A DNA stretch of 64,000 nucleotides, from NCBI GenBank assembly GCA_016748015.1, contig JAAOMT010000046.1, positions 496,001 through 560,000 on the forward strand, written 5' to 3'. The notes under the pieces are model-generated. The model was given only the letters and a program-made list of their open reading frames with translations. It had not been told where the DNA came from and did not search any database. This document shows, piece after piece, positions 12,702 through 26,928 of this stretch. This DNA is from Geosiphon pyriformis uo1 (Eukaryota; Fungi; Glomeromycota). The position numbers and the translations under genes are program-made. The first letter of the stretch is position 1. Every line of letters starts with the position of its first letter.

Positions 12702-15700
12702 TAATAATATAATATTAATTAAAAAAATATATTAATTAATCAATTTTGTTTTAAGTTGTATAATAATATTTAAAATTTGTTGTTAATTTTATTAAATTCT
12801 AATATATTAAATAAAGTTATTAAAAATATAGTTTATTATAATAATTAATTTTTTGAATATTATATAAAATAATATTTTTGAAATTATACTAATAATTTTG
12901 TATTTGTTTTTTTTATAAAAAGTTAGTTGTTGGTTTTATTTTAAAATAAATCTAATATAAATTAAACAACTTACTATAAATTTTTTATAAAACAAAATAA
13001 TTTTATTAATATATTAATTTTTGTTTATATTATAAAAAATTTGGTTATATTATTTGTTAATAAAAACAATTAATAAAATTTTAATAATTTTGTTAAAAAA
13101 TAATTAAATTTAAATACAATAAAAATATATGTTTAAATATTTTAGTTTTGTATTTAAATTTTAAAATTTTATTAATACAAAAAAACAAATATTTTTTATT
13201 ATCTTTTATTTTAATTTTGAATTCAAAATTTATTAATATTTATATTGTTTTATAAATTATTAGCAAAATAATTGGCTTAATTTATTATTATTAACAGAGT
13301 TTATATATTATAATCTATTCTAAACATTAATTAAAATAATACTATTAAAATTTAAAAAATTTAAAAAAAGTTAATTTATAAGCTTAAAAATAATATTAAT
13401 AAAAACAAAAAAAAGTAAATAAGTATAAAGGTTTAATTTTTACAATACACTATTAAAACAATTTAAATTATAAAAAACTTGTTAAATTAATTTTATAACT
13501 TATAAATTAAAATTGCCAATATATTTTAAAATTTATAATGGTTTTGTTTTTTTATTAAAATTTTATTACAATTTAAGTTTACTTAAATAAATAAAAATTT
13601 GAATTTAAAAAATTTGAAAAATATATTTTTTTAAAGACTATTTAAAAATTTACAAGAATATAACAAATATATACTAATTAATTTAAGTGTTTTATATTTA
13701 ATATTTAAACAAATTCAGTTTATTAAAAAAATAATATTTAAAAAAAAACAATATTATAAAAAAATAAATAATTAAATAATTCTAAACTATTCTAAAACAT
13801 TTATAAATTTATTTATTAATTTATTTAATAATTAATATATAATTTTTTAAATATAAATAAAAAAATCAATTATATTTAATTTTAGTTTTTTAAATAAGTT
13901 AATATTAATTATAAATTAAATATTTTATTTTTGTTTTTGTTTTTGGACTTAATTGCTTATTTGTTTAATTCATAAAAAATTTGAATTATTTTAAGTAATT
14001 TAACAAATTAACTTTATATTTATAATTAAAACTTTTTAAATATTATATATTTTTATATTATTAAAAATTTTATTTTGAAATAATTTTTTTAGTTAAATAA
14101 AAAATTATTTTTATTAATTTAACTTAAAAACAATATTAAATTTAAAATTATAAAGAAAAAAATTATATTAAAAGTAATTTAAAATTTGTTAAAAATTTTA
14201 TTTTTATTTTATTTAATAAGTACAATTTAATTACTGTTTATTATAATTATAAATATTATAAAATAAGTATGATTTATGTTTTTTTATATATAATTAATTA
14301 TTTAAGCGAATTAAAGCTAAACTATATTAATATTATAAAAAAAACTTATTTAAAAAAGCCATTTTTTAAATTATTTTAATTATAAAATCAAATCAGCCAA
14401 ATTTTTATAAGATTAAATTTGATTTTCTTAAAAATTTTATATTTTTGAAGTATTATTAAGTTATTATACATTTTTGTATATTTAAAACAATTTAAATTTT
14501 TATTTATATTAATATTAATAACATAATTAAATATATTAGATTTATTTTTTATACTATATTTTATTTTTAATATTATTATTTTATTAATAATTTTGTTAAA
14601 AATATTCATATGTTTTAAAAACTTATTACTTTTATTTTTATATAATTAATAAATATTATAATTGATTTTAGAAAATTATTTAAACACAATAATCAAATTA
14701 ACCAATTTTTTCAAATTAAATTCCAGAGAAACCAATCAAAAAAAACCAATAAATTAATAATAACAATAATAAACTTAGCCAAAAACACAATATTAAAAAG
14801 ACCAAAAAAATAAAAGCTTTAATATAAAATTTTATATTAACGAAAAATAATACAAAAAACTTAAAATTACTAGTAAACTTGAAAAAAAACCTGAAAAAAA
14901 AGATAATAATATCTTATAATCTGAAAATATATAATTTAAACTTTAAGATTTATAATATTATTATTATTTAAAAGTTTTTTATTAAATACAATACTTATAC
15001 AAAATATTGGTTTTTATAATAAATATATTCAAAAATTTTAAACATTCAAAAATCACAACAATAAAGCATTAATAATAATAAAAATTAAAAAAGTAAAAAA
15101 TAAAACATGTTTAATTATTAACTTAAAAAATTAAATTACTAATTTTAAAAACAATAAAATTAAAAAAAGATTGACCAATTTGACTTTTAAAATATTGTTT
15201 AAGATAATAATTTCTTTTTAATTAGCAGAAAAAAGATTCTAATACTGTTTTTTTACCAATATAAATTAGTAAATAAGAATAATAACAGTAAAAAAAAGTT
15301 TTTAAAATAAATAATAATATATTATTATAAGTTAATAAACTTTAATTTAACTAAAATAATAATACCAAAAACACTAAAAGCGTTTTTAATATTTTTATTA
15401 AAAAATATATTCAGAAAAATATTATTAAGTATAATAGTAAATAGAAAAAAAAACAGAGATTATTACAAAAAACTCTAGAATTTTAAACATAATTAAAAAA
15501 AAATTACTAATAAAAATTTTAATAACAGTAATTAAAAAAGGTTTAAAAGCAAAATTTACACAAAACAACTTAATATTGTTTTTTAAAACTGACTTAAATT
15601 TAATAAAGTTAAATAAAAACTTAAATAAAAAATTAACTAAAACTAATTTAATTTTAAATATAGTACTAAATATTAAAATAAAAATTGTTTATTTAAAAAA

Positions 15701-18262
15701 CTTTTAACAACGAAAAATTGTTTCTTAGATATTACCAAAAACAGTACCAAAAAACAAAATAAAAATTGATTTAATATTTATTTAGTTGGTCTAATTTTTA
15801 AAATTAGATAATTTATAAACTAATCAGTTAAAAACATATTTAAAAACATGATTTGTTTTGCTTTTAGAACTGGTAATAATTTGCCAAAAAATATTACATT
15901 TGATAATACAATTAGTAATTAATTTTGACTTATCTTAAAAAAATATTAATATTATTACTTATATAATTAAATTTCTATATAAAAATACATTTGAAACATG
16001 TAAATTATGTTCTATTTTTAAAGATATTCTATTATAAAGTTTTATAATTATTATTAAATAAACTATATTTATTTATTAAATCAATTAATTATTATTATTA
16101 AAATATTAATTAATTGTTATCTGTTTTTTAGAATTTTTCTTTATTTTTTGTATTTATATAATTTTTTTCTAAGTAAATTTTGGTTTTTTATATTAAAATT
16201 TTTTTTGTTAATTGCTTTTCAAATCTAATTGTCTTTTTTAATGCTTTATATATTTTTGTAGTTATAATTATAACAGATAGAAATTTTTTTAATTTTTTTT
16301 TCTAAGTAATTAATTGTATTGATTTTAATTTAAGCATTGGCTGAAATCATATCTACAATTTTACTATCATTAAAAATATTTTCAGTCATCAATAATTCAT
16401 TAACTGCTATAGTATAATTTTTGAAATTTTTAACCAATTGTTGTGTATTTAATAGTAAATTGTTAAATATATCTATAATAATTAATATTTTGAATTCTTA
16501 AATTTCTAATTCTTAATTATAAAAAAAAATAATTTTTTTTTGTCAACAGTTTTGAATTGTAATAGATATTATTTAAAACTATGATTAAACAATATAATCA
16601 ATTATTTGTTTTATGTTTAATTTATTTTTAAAAAATAAATTAATATTAAATAAAATTATTATATATATATTACATATATTATATTAATTATTCAATATTA
16701 ATTTTTTGTTAAATTAATGTAAAATATGTTAATAATATAAATACTTATATTTGTCTTTAAAAAATTTGATAATATCAATATTTATTAATTAAAAATATAA
16801 TATTGTATTTCGAAAAAAATAGTGCAAAGTAATATTAGTTAATTAGAATAAATTTTTTTTAGTTTAAGTATAATAAAAAATTGTATTATTAACCAAAAGT
16901 AATATATGCTAATTTCGTATTTAAAAGTCTTTATTTATATGTTTAAGCTATATTTTTCATATATCTAAATACATCTATGCTTTGAAATTGAATTTGTTAA
17001 TTACAGATAAGTTGAAAATATTAATTTTTTTAAATTTTTTACATGTTAAATTACTAAAAATTGTAATTTATAAGATCCAGTTAAATTTGTAACAAAAAAA
17101 AATTGTAATTTAAAATTTATCCTATAAAAAACCCAATTAATTTAATATAATAATAATAATTAATAAATATTATATACTAATTTTTTTTCTGTAATTTGAT
17201 ATTTTGCAAGTATTTAATTTAAATTTCATACAAAAAAATAATTCTGTTTTATTAGCATTATATATATTAACAAAATTAAATTTGAATATAATGGTTTTTA
17301 ATTTTTTTTGTTTTTTTTGGTAAATTTTTAGTTGATATACTTTTTGTTTTATTATAAAATTAATAAATATATATAACTGGTTTTGTTTTTTGAAATTTTA
17401 TTTTATTTTTATGTATATTAAAAAGTTTGGCAAATTTTTTTTTCTTTTTAATTAGTTAATTATTAAATTTAATAGTAGCTGTAATTATTTGTTTTATCTA
17501 ATAACTTAAAATTTGGTTTAATAATAGAAATTTAATGCTTTTGTGTTAAATAAATCTTTTTAAAATTTCATTAATTTTAATATTTAACTACTTTGTATGT
17601 TTTTTAATTATTTTAAAGATAGTTAAATAAAAAATATAAAGTTTTAGATATTTATAATTGAAGTAAGTTATAATATTATCATGTTTTATATTATAGTAAT
17701 TTTTAGAATATTGACAAATTTTTTTATAAAGAGTATTATTAACTGTTGTTTATTTTTGTTTTTTAAATAAAAATTCTAATATTATAATAATTTAACAAAT
17801 TTGTTAAAAAATATATCTATAACAATAATATTAGATTTGGTTTTAACAAATTTAAATTAAAATACAATAGAAGTTAAATAGTTATACATAAAAACAAACA
17901 AAATCAAAAAGAATAAGTTCAATATAAATTAATTTAAAAAAAAGTTAAGATAAAATCAATTTAATATATTTTAACTTTTTTTTTAATTATCAATTAATAT
18001 CTAATATGTAATATTTGTTCTTATATAAAAATAAATTTCGAATAAATATTTAATAAAATTATGTTTTTGTTTCTTTATAAATTGTTTTTATATAAAAAAA
18101 AAATTGTTAATTAATTAATTTAGTTCTATAAAAATATTCATTGTAAAAAGTTATTCTTTTATTGAGAGTTTTTTTTATAAAGATTTGATTGTATTAAAAA
18201 AAAAGCTAATTGTTATAAAAAAATTTTATTTAAGATTTCATCTAAAACTACAAAGAAATTTA

Positions 18263-18304
<42 letters not shown>

Positions 18305-18340
18305 CAAGTAACTATTACTGTTTTTTAGTTATTTATAAAG

Positions 18341-18376
<36 letters not shown>

Positions 18377-18866
18377 TAAAAGCAAAAAAACCAGCTTTTT
18401 AATCAGTTTATTATTAAAAACAATATTAGAATTAATCTTAATATATTTTTTAAAAAAACTTTAGCCGAGAAAAAATTACTAGTTAAAGATAAAAAAAAAT
18501 GCTTTAAAAATTATTAAAAGCAGTTTTTTACTATTAATATTTAAGAAAAATATTGTTAAGATGTTTTGTTTAATTGCTTTTATAATAAAAAGATTTTTTT
18601 TTGTTAAAACTTTATTAATTACTATAGAAAAAATAATATTTAAACTTTTATTTTTAATATTTTAACAAATCTGCTTTAATTTAAAGATATTACTTAAAAA
18701 AAAGTATAAGCATATATAATATTATAAAATTAGTAAAAAAATATAAATTAATTAAATATAAAAACTATAACCAATTTTAATTAGTTTTAGTTTTTTAAAT
18801 TATTTTTTTTTTAAATTTATTTTCTTTAATTCTTTTTATTTTACAAATTTTAACAATAATGTTAAC

Positions 18867-18935
<69 letters not shown>

Positions 18936-19173
18936 TAATTTTAATTTAATTAAAAATAATTTTAAAACAATTTTAAAAAGTTGAATTAATATTATAAAAC
19001 TTATTGATTTATGATAATATGTTACTGTTTACTTTAAAATTTTAGTTTTAGTTTTTTTTTTTAAATTAAAAAGAAATTAATACTTTAAAAAAACAATAAT
19101 AGTAAATTATATTATTTTAAAATTTTGTTTTATATGTTTAAGCTATTGATTAATTTATTTAGTTGCTGATAAT

Positions 19174-19231
<58 letters not shown>

Positions 19232-19330
19232 GACTTTATTTTTTGAAAATCCAAATGCAAAATTTAATTTTAATGATTGTAATATTTACAAAAAACTGAA
19301 TAATATGATAATTTACTTATAAACTGTATA
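12702..19330. other. Extreme A/T desert (others at ~1-640, ~3020-5083, ~26190-28300, ~36183-36937)
   Basis: Many 60-nt lines contain only 0-6 G/C; no credible ORF; sharp transitions to CpG-containing host DNA. Confidence 0.85.
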
Positions 19331-19730
19331 AAAAATACTTTTAGACATTTAACTAAAATACATTATAATACTTTGACGGGTATGGATTATCATTTAATCA
19401 GGCTGGTGAACCAGGTAAAACAAAAAATGATCATCATCGCTGTAAAACCTATTAAAGGAAGATAAATAAATAAACAATACTGACCATTTTCAACAATATA
19501 TAATGAAAATCGTGGTCAATTTGTAACTGTTTAATGTATATGTTAACAATATATATTTAAATATATATATACATATTGACGCAGTCTATGGAACTAGACA
19601 GGACGCGAGACGCAGTCAACACTCACGTCAATTACGTGTTTTTTTGTATAATACTTGATGTTTAGAATGATTAATTTTCAACAGGAACTTGTATGTTCGG
19701 GAAGGGGAATTTTTTAATTGTAATAGGCTC

Positions 19731-19732
<2 letters not shown>

Positions 19733-19765
<33 letters not shown>

Positions 19766-19773
19766 AAAAAAAA
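19733..19773. repeat. Poly-A tract
   Basis: ~40 nt of A with one T. Confidence 0.9.
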
Positions 19774-21291
19774 TGTAAAATGATTATTGATAGTGACAAT
19801 TGTTCTAACATTATTTATATAAATTGGATAGTTTAAAATTTTAATTGGTACTAATCTAATATTTTCGTCGTGCGCAAAAAACAGCACATCTCACCTATGA
19901 CTCAATCTCAAAACTTTGTCTTGAAAAAAAAAAAAACTAAGCATTGATTATCAGCACGATTAATCATATGGTAATAATTGAGTCATCGTCTTACAAAGGT
20001 AACAACAATACCAACGAAATTAATCAATAAGCACGCACATATTTTTTGAATTTTAATCCTATATAGACTCATTTGAAAATCGGTTTAAAAAAAAGGTAGA
20101 GTCGTACTATTGTTTAAAATTTACGAGAATTGGGAGGAGGAGGGGGGAGGTGGTTACTTTAAAAGGTAAAAAACTAGTGAGCACGGACTCTGTGTGTGAT
20201 AGATAAACATGTGAACATTTAGCTATAAAATACAGAAAAAAGTTTATTACAATTTATGTCATCACATTTCGTCAATTTGAGGTGGTAAATAGCCTTTAAA
20301 GGTTTCTTTCATTTTTAATCAAGTAAAAAAATTTGGAATAAAGAAATTTATAAGCGGAGTTTTTTTCTCTGATTCAAATTTGTGATTATCAACCGAAAAA
20401 AGGCCTGTAAACGTTTACTCAAAATAGAAAATGACTTTATATTTATTTATTTTCAGCTTGAAAACCGTGTTTAACACAAAATCTCGGTTTTAAAAAACCC
20501 CCCCCCCCAAAAGATTTGAGTTTGTATCAGTTACCACGCCACGCCACGCCACGGGAATTTTTGAAATAGGTTAAATTTTCAGGGAAAAAAAACCCAATTA
20601 CCCCTATTTCTTAAAGCATCTACATCTAGTTGTTGTAACAACTCAAACTTCAATATTAGGGATTCAGTTTTTGTTATAAATGATTTATTATCAAAATGGC
20701 TTATTTCAGATTCTTTTTTTTTCGAAATAGCGTCATCATAATTTACATGCTTGTTCGCTTTAATAGTAATTTTTTCGATTTCAAATTTACATTTTTTTTA
20801 GAATATAGAAAACTTGATTATAATGTATTTATATTTTGTGCTGCTGCTACTATTATTATTTTTACTTTGAACTTACTCAGAATGAATTTAAAGTTTACGC
20901 GTTTTTTGAGCTTGAAGCTTTTTGTGTGGGGAATTGGTGGATTTTTACATTACGAGATTTAGTTGGGGGGGAGGGGGGTATAATGACCTTTTAGGAATTT
21001 AAATTGTATTTTGATTTATATTTATAATTAAAGCCCGTCATGCCAGCATTTAGAACGGACCTGGAGACGTGTAAGTCTTTTTTTTTTTTTAAGGGTGCCA
21101 TATTTATCGAGTGTTACATAGCACTCTTTAACTCGCTCACTTTTAAGTTTTGACAGACAGGTAGTAGTAAAAAAAAGATTTGTTTGCCAAGTGTTACTTT
21201 TTAAAAGGGTGTAGGGAAGAAAGGCTGAAATTATGACATCATTTTATTTATCTAAATTTATTTATTTATTTATTTTTTTGCCATTGATTTT

Positions 21292-21955
21292 TCAAATTAA
21301 CAGAGATTGAAGATCAGTAGGTTTCGATATTCGTTGTTCTTGAGGTAGTTGACCATAAGATGAGGAAGAAGAGCGTGAAGAGCCACGCGAATGTGATTGA
21401 TAATATTCTTTAGAATCCGATTCACCAGAGGATGAAGATGGTGTCAAATAGTCGTGTACAGAAATTTGAGAACGTAGATGATGAATCTGTAAAAATGAAT
21501 AAAAAAATTTATTAATTTATTTTTTTATTCTTGTTCAAGTTTTTTTAAACTTTGTATTTTGAGACAAAAAGAGACAATTACCTCATCTTCCAATTCACGA
21601 ATTTTAGATTTAGCATTAAGTTTATCTGAATTAGCATCCTCTAATCGCCGTTCCAACTCGTTAATCCTTTTAACGGTATCAATACTTTCTAATTCTTGTA
21701 CGCGTCGTTCCAAGAATTGACACTTTTCTTGCATATCACGTTCACGTTGCTTTCGTCGATCACGGAAACGTGCACTGGCACCCGCGTTGCGACGACGTTT
21801 TTCGGCCAAGAGTTCCGTGGCGGGATCAATTTGTGAATGACGCGACGATGATGAAGATGAAGAGGAAAAGCTGTCATGATGATGATGGTGATGATGATAT
21901 GAATGATATGGATGATGATGATGATGATGATTACTACTACTACTACTACTACTAC

Positions 21956-21988
<33 letters not shown>

Positions 21989-22514
21989 GCGAGGAGAGTT
22001 GAGGTGGAGACGAAATGGTCATTGGTGAAAGAGAACCAGTTGATGAAGGGGAAAAAGACTGTCGACGTGATGGTATATCATAAAGTGATGTAACTTCCGA
22101 GTAAGGATGATATCCCTTTGTGTTGTTGTTGTTGTTGTTGTTGGTGGATGATTGATAAGAATCGATAGAATGCTGTCGCGTTATAACTGGTTTTGATGAT
22201 GGACCAGTCCCAAGATATGTGGAAGGTTGAGTGTGAATTGATGAAGTAGAAAAATTCATTTCATGTGTTGGACTATGTATTGGTGAAAGTATTGGAATTG
22301 ATGGAGATACCATACGAGATACTGGCGGTAGTACTGAAGGTATCGTTGATTGATCACCATTAATGTTATTACTATGACTATTGTTATTACTATTGATCGA
22401 ACTATTAATGGTTTGGGAATTGTTTTGATTATTTAAGCGTGAAATTGTTGTGTTTGTTATTTCAAAACTAGCGATTGGAGGTAACCGGTTGGTAGTTTGA
22501 GAAAAACGAGACAT
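21292..22514 (-). CDS. bZIP transcription factor (NAGASARFR basic region, related to CYS-3/MetR/Zip1-type fungal bZIPs); 2 exons: 22514-21582 and 21486-21292; 375 aa
   Basis: Basic region EKRRRNAGASARFRDRRKQRE followed by heptads (LERRVQELE..LERRLE..IRELEDE). The GAG|GTAATT donor at 21581 and TTTTACAG acceptor at 21487 define a 95-bp phase-0 intron. Exon 2 continues the zipper (IHHLRSQI) and is open for 64 codons to TGA at 21294-21292. CpGs are retained, there are no internal stops, and the N-terminus is N/S/H low-complexity as is typical of TFs. Confidence 0.93.
21487..21581 (-). other. Spliceosomal intron of the bZIP gene (95 bp)
   Basis: GT..AG ends, T-rich 3' tract, TTAAT branch-like motif; removing it keeps the frame and extends the leucine zipper. 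Confidence 0.88.
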
Positions 22515-23484
22515 GTTTGATGTATGATGATGATGATAATGATGATAATGATACGATTTTTTCGTGATGATTTTATGTCAAGAAAAAAAATTTTTTTTTT
22601 TTTTCCAAAGAAAACAATTTAATTTCTAGTGTAACAATGAATGATTGGAAAAATATATTCGTGAGAAAAGATCGTTCAATGAACTGCAGAGTGAAAAGAT
22701 TTCTTTATTTCCAAAAATAATAAATTGTCAAATTGCAAAAAAAAATTTCATAAAAGAATTTAAGTTGTCGGGTTAAAGTAGAATTTTTTTTGTATTGTTA
22801 TCGTGGTTCGTCTTCGTGAAATAGAGGATAAAAGATAAAAAATTTTAAGAAGCTTCAAACAGTTGAAGTAAAAAAGATTGATAATCAAGTCAAAGAAGAA
22901 AAGAAAAATGACAATTGAGTATCGTAAATAACAAGAGACAAAGATATGGTTATTTTCTACGGGACAGGCTGCTTATATCTCAGTTTTGTGTCATCATCAT
23001 CATCATCATCATCGTCGTTGTCATTGTCGTGACGGTGAGGTGAACATGTCGCGTGAGTTAAGTTTTTTTTTTGTTGGAAGCTGTTTATTCAATTGGAAGT
23101 CAGCATATTTTTTTTTACAAGGATAAAAGAAGGGTTAAGATATATTACCCTATAAAGAGTTATAATAATAAAACTTTATACTAAATTATGTGAACATTGA
23201 CAATTTAATAAATTTTCCTTTCTAGATAATGTATTGGTACAAGATTTTTTTTTTTTTAGAATAAAAGTCCTCCCATCCCTCCCCCCATAATATTGATTAA
23301 CCGGGTTGTACCATACTTTAAAAGAAATTGTATTTGTTACAAGAATGATGCCATGATTGTTTTTCTGCAGGTTTGGAAAGATCAACAACGACTAAAAAAA
23401 ACAAACGAGAAAAACTTGACCAAATTTTTTAAAATAAGAAATTAATAGTTTTTTTTTTGACTTGTATATGAATTTTTTTCTTCC

Positions 23485-23607
<123 letters not shown>

Positions 23608-23866
23608 TGGGAACTAAAAAAACTTTTGCACTAAAAAAGGATGTAATAAATAGTGTCAACATCAAAAAGTGCGACAGTTTTGTACTAGATCAATTTTTGG
23701 CTTATCTAATTTTATCAAATATCTGCAGTTTATATATTATTGCCCATTACAAAAACCCAGTTGGGGGAAATATTTTTTGTAATAAAGCTCAAAAGAAAAA
23801 AAAAAATAATGTGTGTGCGTGTAAAATGTGCATAAAAAAAAATTGTTCGATTAATAACTCTAACCA

Positions 23867-23891
23867 GTGTGTGTGTGTGTGTGTGTGTGTG
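23867..23891. repeat. (GT)n microsatellite
   Basis: Direct inspection. Confidence 0.9.
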
Positions 23892-24648
23892 AAACATGAG
23901 TGAAAATATGTATCTGAAAAAGAAAATTTGGTGATGAATGATGAAATCGTGAAACCTTCATCAAACATCATTCAGACGTAATGATCCTAAGGCGTAATAT
24001 TGAAAACACCCTCAATTTTTAAGTATAGCATTTATGGATTATTCAGTAACCTCGGATAATAGAAATTTGAAATTTATGGGGAAAAAAAAACATGGTCAAA
24101 ATACAAAGGCGTACAAATATGACCAATTTTTAATCAGGTATTTGATTCTCTAAAAGAGATACACAAATAAAAAATCCTATAAACATTTACTCAAAAAAAT
24201 TCAAGATTATGAAAAATACGATATTCAACACACCTCTCCCAACTGATACATGAAAAAAAAAAAAATGGTCAATTTTTTTTTATTGAAAAAAATAAAAAAA
24301 TAAAAAAGGGGAAATAAAAAGGGGAAATAAAAAAGCCTGTACCCGTCTTTTCATCTGATAATTTACGATTTCAATCATCATTCGGAAAATTCCATTTTAC
24401 CCATTTTTTTTTTACCCATTTTAATCTTTTTTTTTTTTTTTTCTCATTTGTAACCAAAATTACGCATTCTCTATTTTCTCAATATTTTTATCATGCGAAA
24501 GTGAGGCAGATAGGAGAAAAATGTATTTTTTATGATTTCTGTATGGATGTGTATCAAAAAATAAAATAAAAATATCGATATCGTAAAAGTGGGCAAAAAA
24601 CTTTGATTTGAACATTCACTTTCCTTTCCCAAGATATTAAATTGTATG

Positions 24649-24650
<2 letters not shown>

Positions 24651-24683
<33 letters not shown>
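24651..24683. repeat. (AATC)n microsatellite
   Basis: Direct inspection. Confidence 0.9.
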
Positions 24684-24684
<1 letters not shown>

Positions 24685-25808
24685 GCATTTTTGCCTAGTT
24701 CCTATTTTAAAAACTGGTATGTGCATTGGGGGGAAGGGATCCTCATACGATATTGAATGATTATATCGTAATGGAATTCTATGAGAATTTTCCGGTTTGA
24801 CGAAATCATAAAAAAAAAAAAAATTCCCGATATTAAAAATATTAGTCAAATTTGATGGGAAGGCGTCCCATGAAAAATTATCACTTTTTTGATTGGCTCA
24901 TGATTGTGGCAAAGCACAAAAGGTTACTTGTTGGATAAATTTAGGAAATTCGTGCGTCTAAAAGTAGGCGTAAAAAATTAAAACTTGGCGAAAAAAAATA
25001 TTTATCTGACATATGGGGTAAATCTTTTTTTAAAGTCTAGAAGAAAAACAGTTTTCGGATACCAGTTAAATACTCAGCAGCATCATGTATATATCCCTAG
25101 CCACCATGCATAATTCTCGAACCAATTCCCCGGGAATCAATGCAATCCTTTCCAAAATCTATAAACATTCGATCATGTTAAAGCATTCCCCATTCCCCAT
25201 TCCCCATTCTCATTCCCCATCCTGCATCCCACATCCCCCATCCTCATTGAACATGTATGATTTAATATAATCATCGATTATTACTGTTTACCATTCTAAC
25301 CACAAAAAATCTGATTTTTTTAAAACACCCCATTTCTAAAATAAAATAAAAATATCCACAAAATAAAATAACCCTCCTTCCTTCTTTTAAGTTTTATTTA
25401 GTACATAACTAAACACAGTTAAAACTTTGTCACTTAACGCATATCAGATAATGGGGAAAACGCCGAATTCCCGATTGCACCGTGAGACGGTGAATTTCGA
25501 AATTTTGAAAATTTCCCATCTTACTTACATAGTGGTTTGCGCGATTTGCGACTCCTATTGAATATCATGATCTAGTCGTAATAAGGTGTATTACATTTTG
25601 TGGATGCGCAGCTGATATTTGTATACACGCACGCAAAAATAGGGAATAAAACTTTGTTAATTATCGATAAATATATATAATTTACAAATTTATATATATT
25701 AATAATCAATTTTTTTTATTGGAAATTTTTTCATTATTAAAAATCGTTGTATCTTTTTTTCTCAGGTCTGAAATTATTACGATCACGAGCCAATTATACG
25801 AATATATC

Positions 25809-25866
25809 GCACACACACGCACACACACACACACCCACCCACACACACACACAAACACACACACAC
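25809..25866. repeat. Imperfect (CA)n microsatellite
   Basis: Direct inspection. Confidence 0.9.
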
Positions 25867-26878
25867 AAACAGACAGACAACTCGAGTTTATGTGACTTCT
25901 CATTCTATTGTATTATTTTAGGTGGGGAAACATCATAATGATAATAATAGAAAGTGGGTAAATAAGGTTGCATTGCCGCGATAATCATTAAATAAATGAT
26001 TACTGATCAGATTCGTCACTAAGAGTCATTTTCGTAAAACGATGAAATGATTTTGAAAGGTGTGTATTATAAAATTTACATTTAACCAAGAAATTAGTTC
26101 AATTGAACCAGCACATTAACTTTATTCTTGTTTAAAAAGAAAATATTTCTATTGAAAAAATCACGTGAGTTAGATTTCATATCCAAGTTTCTAAATTATT
26201 TATTTATATTTTAAAAGTGTTAATTAAATTACTATTATTCGTTTTTGTTTTAAGTTTGAAATTATTAAAAGTTTTTTTTGAAAAAAATACTATTTATACA
26301 GCGAAAACGAAAACATATTATAAAAATATTTAAAAATTCAAAAATTTCAATAAAAATGATTTTAAAACATTATTATTATTTTATTTTTATTATTATTTTT
26401 ATTATTACTACTATTTATAATTGAAAATTTATTTTAAACATTATTATTAAAACAAAATTCACAAAATTCCATTTTTAAATTAACAATATTAAAAAAATAT
26501 AAACTAAGAATTAATATTTGGCAAAACACCAAAAATCAATTTTTGTAATTTTTGATTAAATCTTTTAAAATTTAAATTGAAAATAATTAATTTTAAAAAG
26601 TAATAATTAAATTAGTAAAACAAAGATTACTAAAACTTAATATTACCAAATTCATATAAATTTTATATATAATATTTAAAGTTAATTAAAAACTATATAT
26701 TTACATTAATATTAAAATAATATTCAATAAAAATTAATTATAAAAAAATATTTCTTGATTTTTGTTAATTTATTTCTATTATTTAATTTTTATTTTATTT
26801 AAATAAAAAAATTTATTAAAATTTATTAATTTTAAAATACTATTAATTTATATATTAAATTCTAAAATTTTTTAACCA

Positions 26879-26928
<50 letters not shown>

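Noticed and set aside
14388-14609. N/K/I/F-rich ORFs in A/T deserts (also 27504-27701)
   Set aside because: Compositional artefacts of ~90% A/T sequence.
21233-21242. ATGACATCAT matching the CYS-3 consensus ATGRYRYCAT in the bZIP 3' UTR
   Set aside because: Single degenerate hit in a non-promoter position; not supportable without binding data.
21525-21581. ORF-track C-terminus of the bZIP (VIVSFCLKIQSLKKLEQE)
   Set aside because: Read-through into the intron; the spliced form gives a better zipper and a clean second exon.
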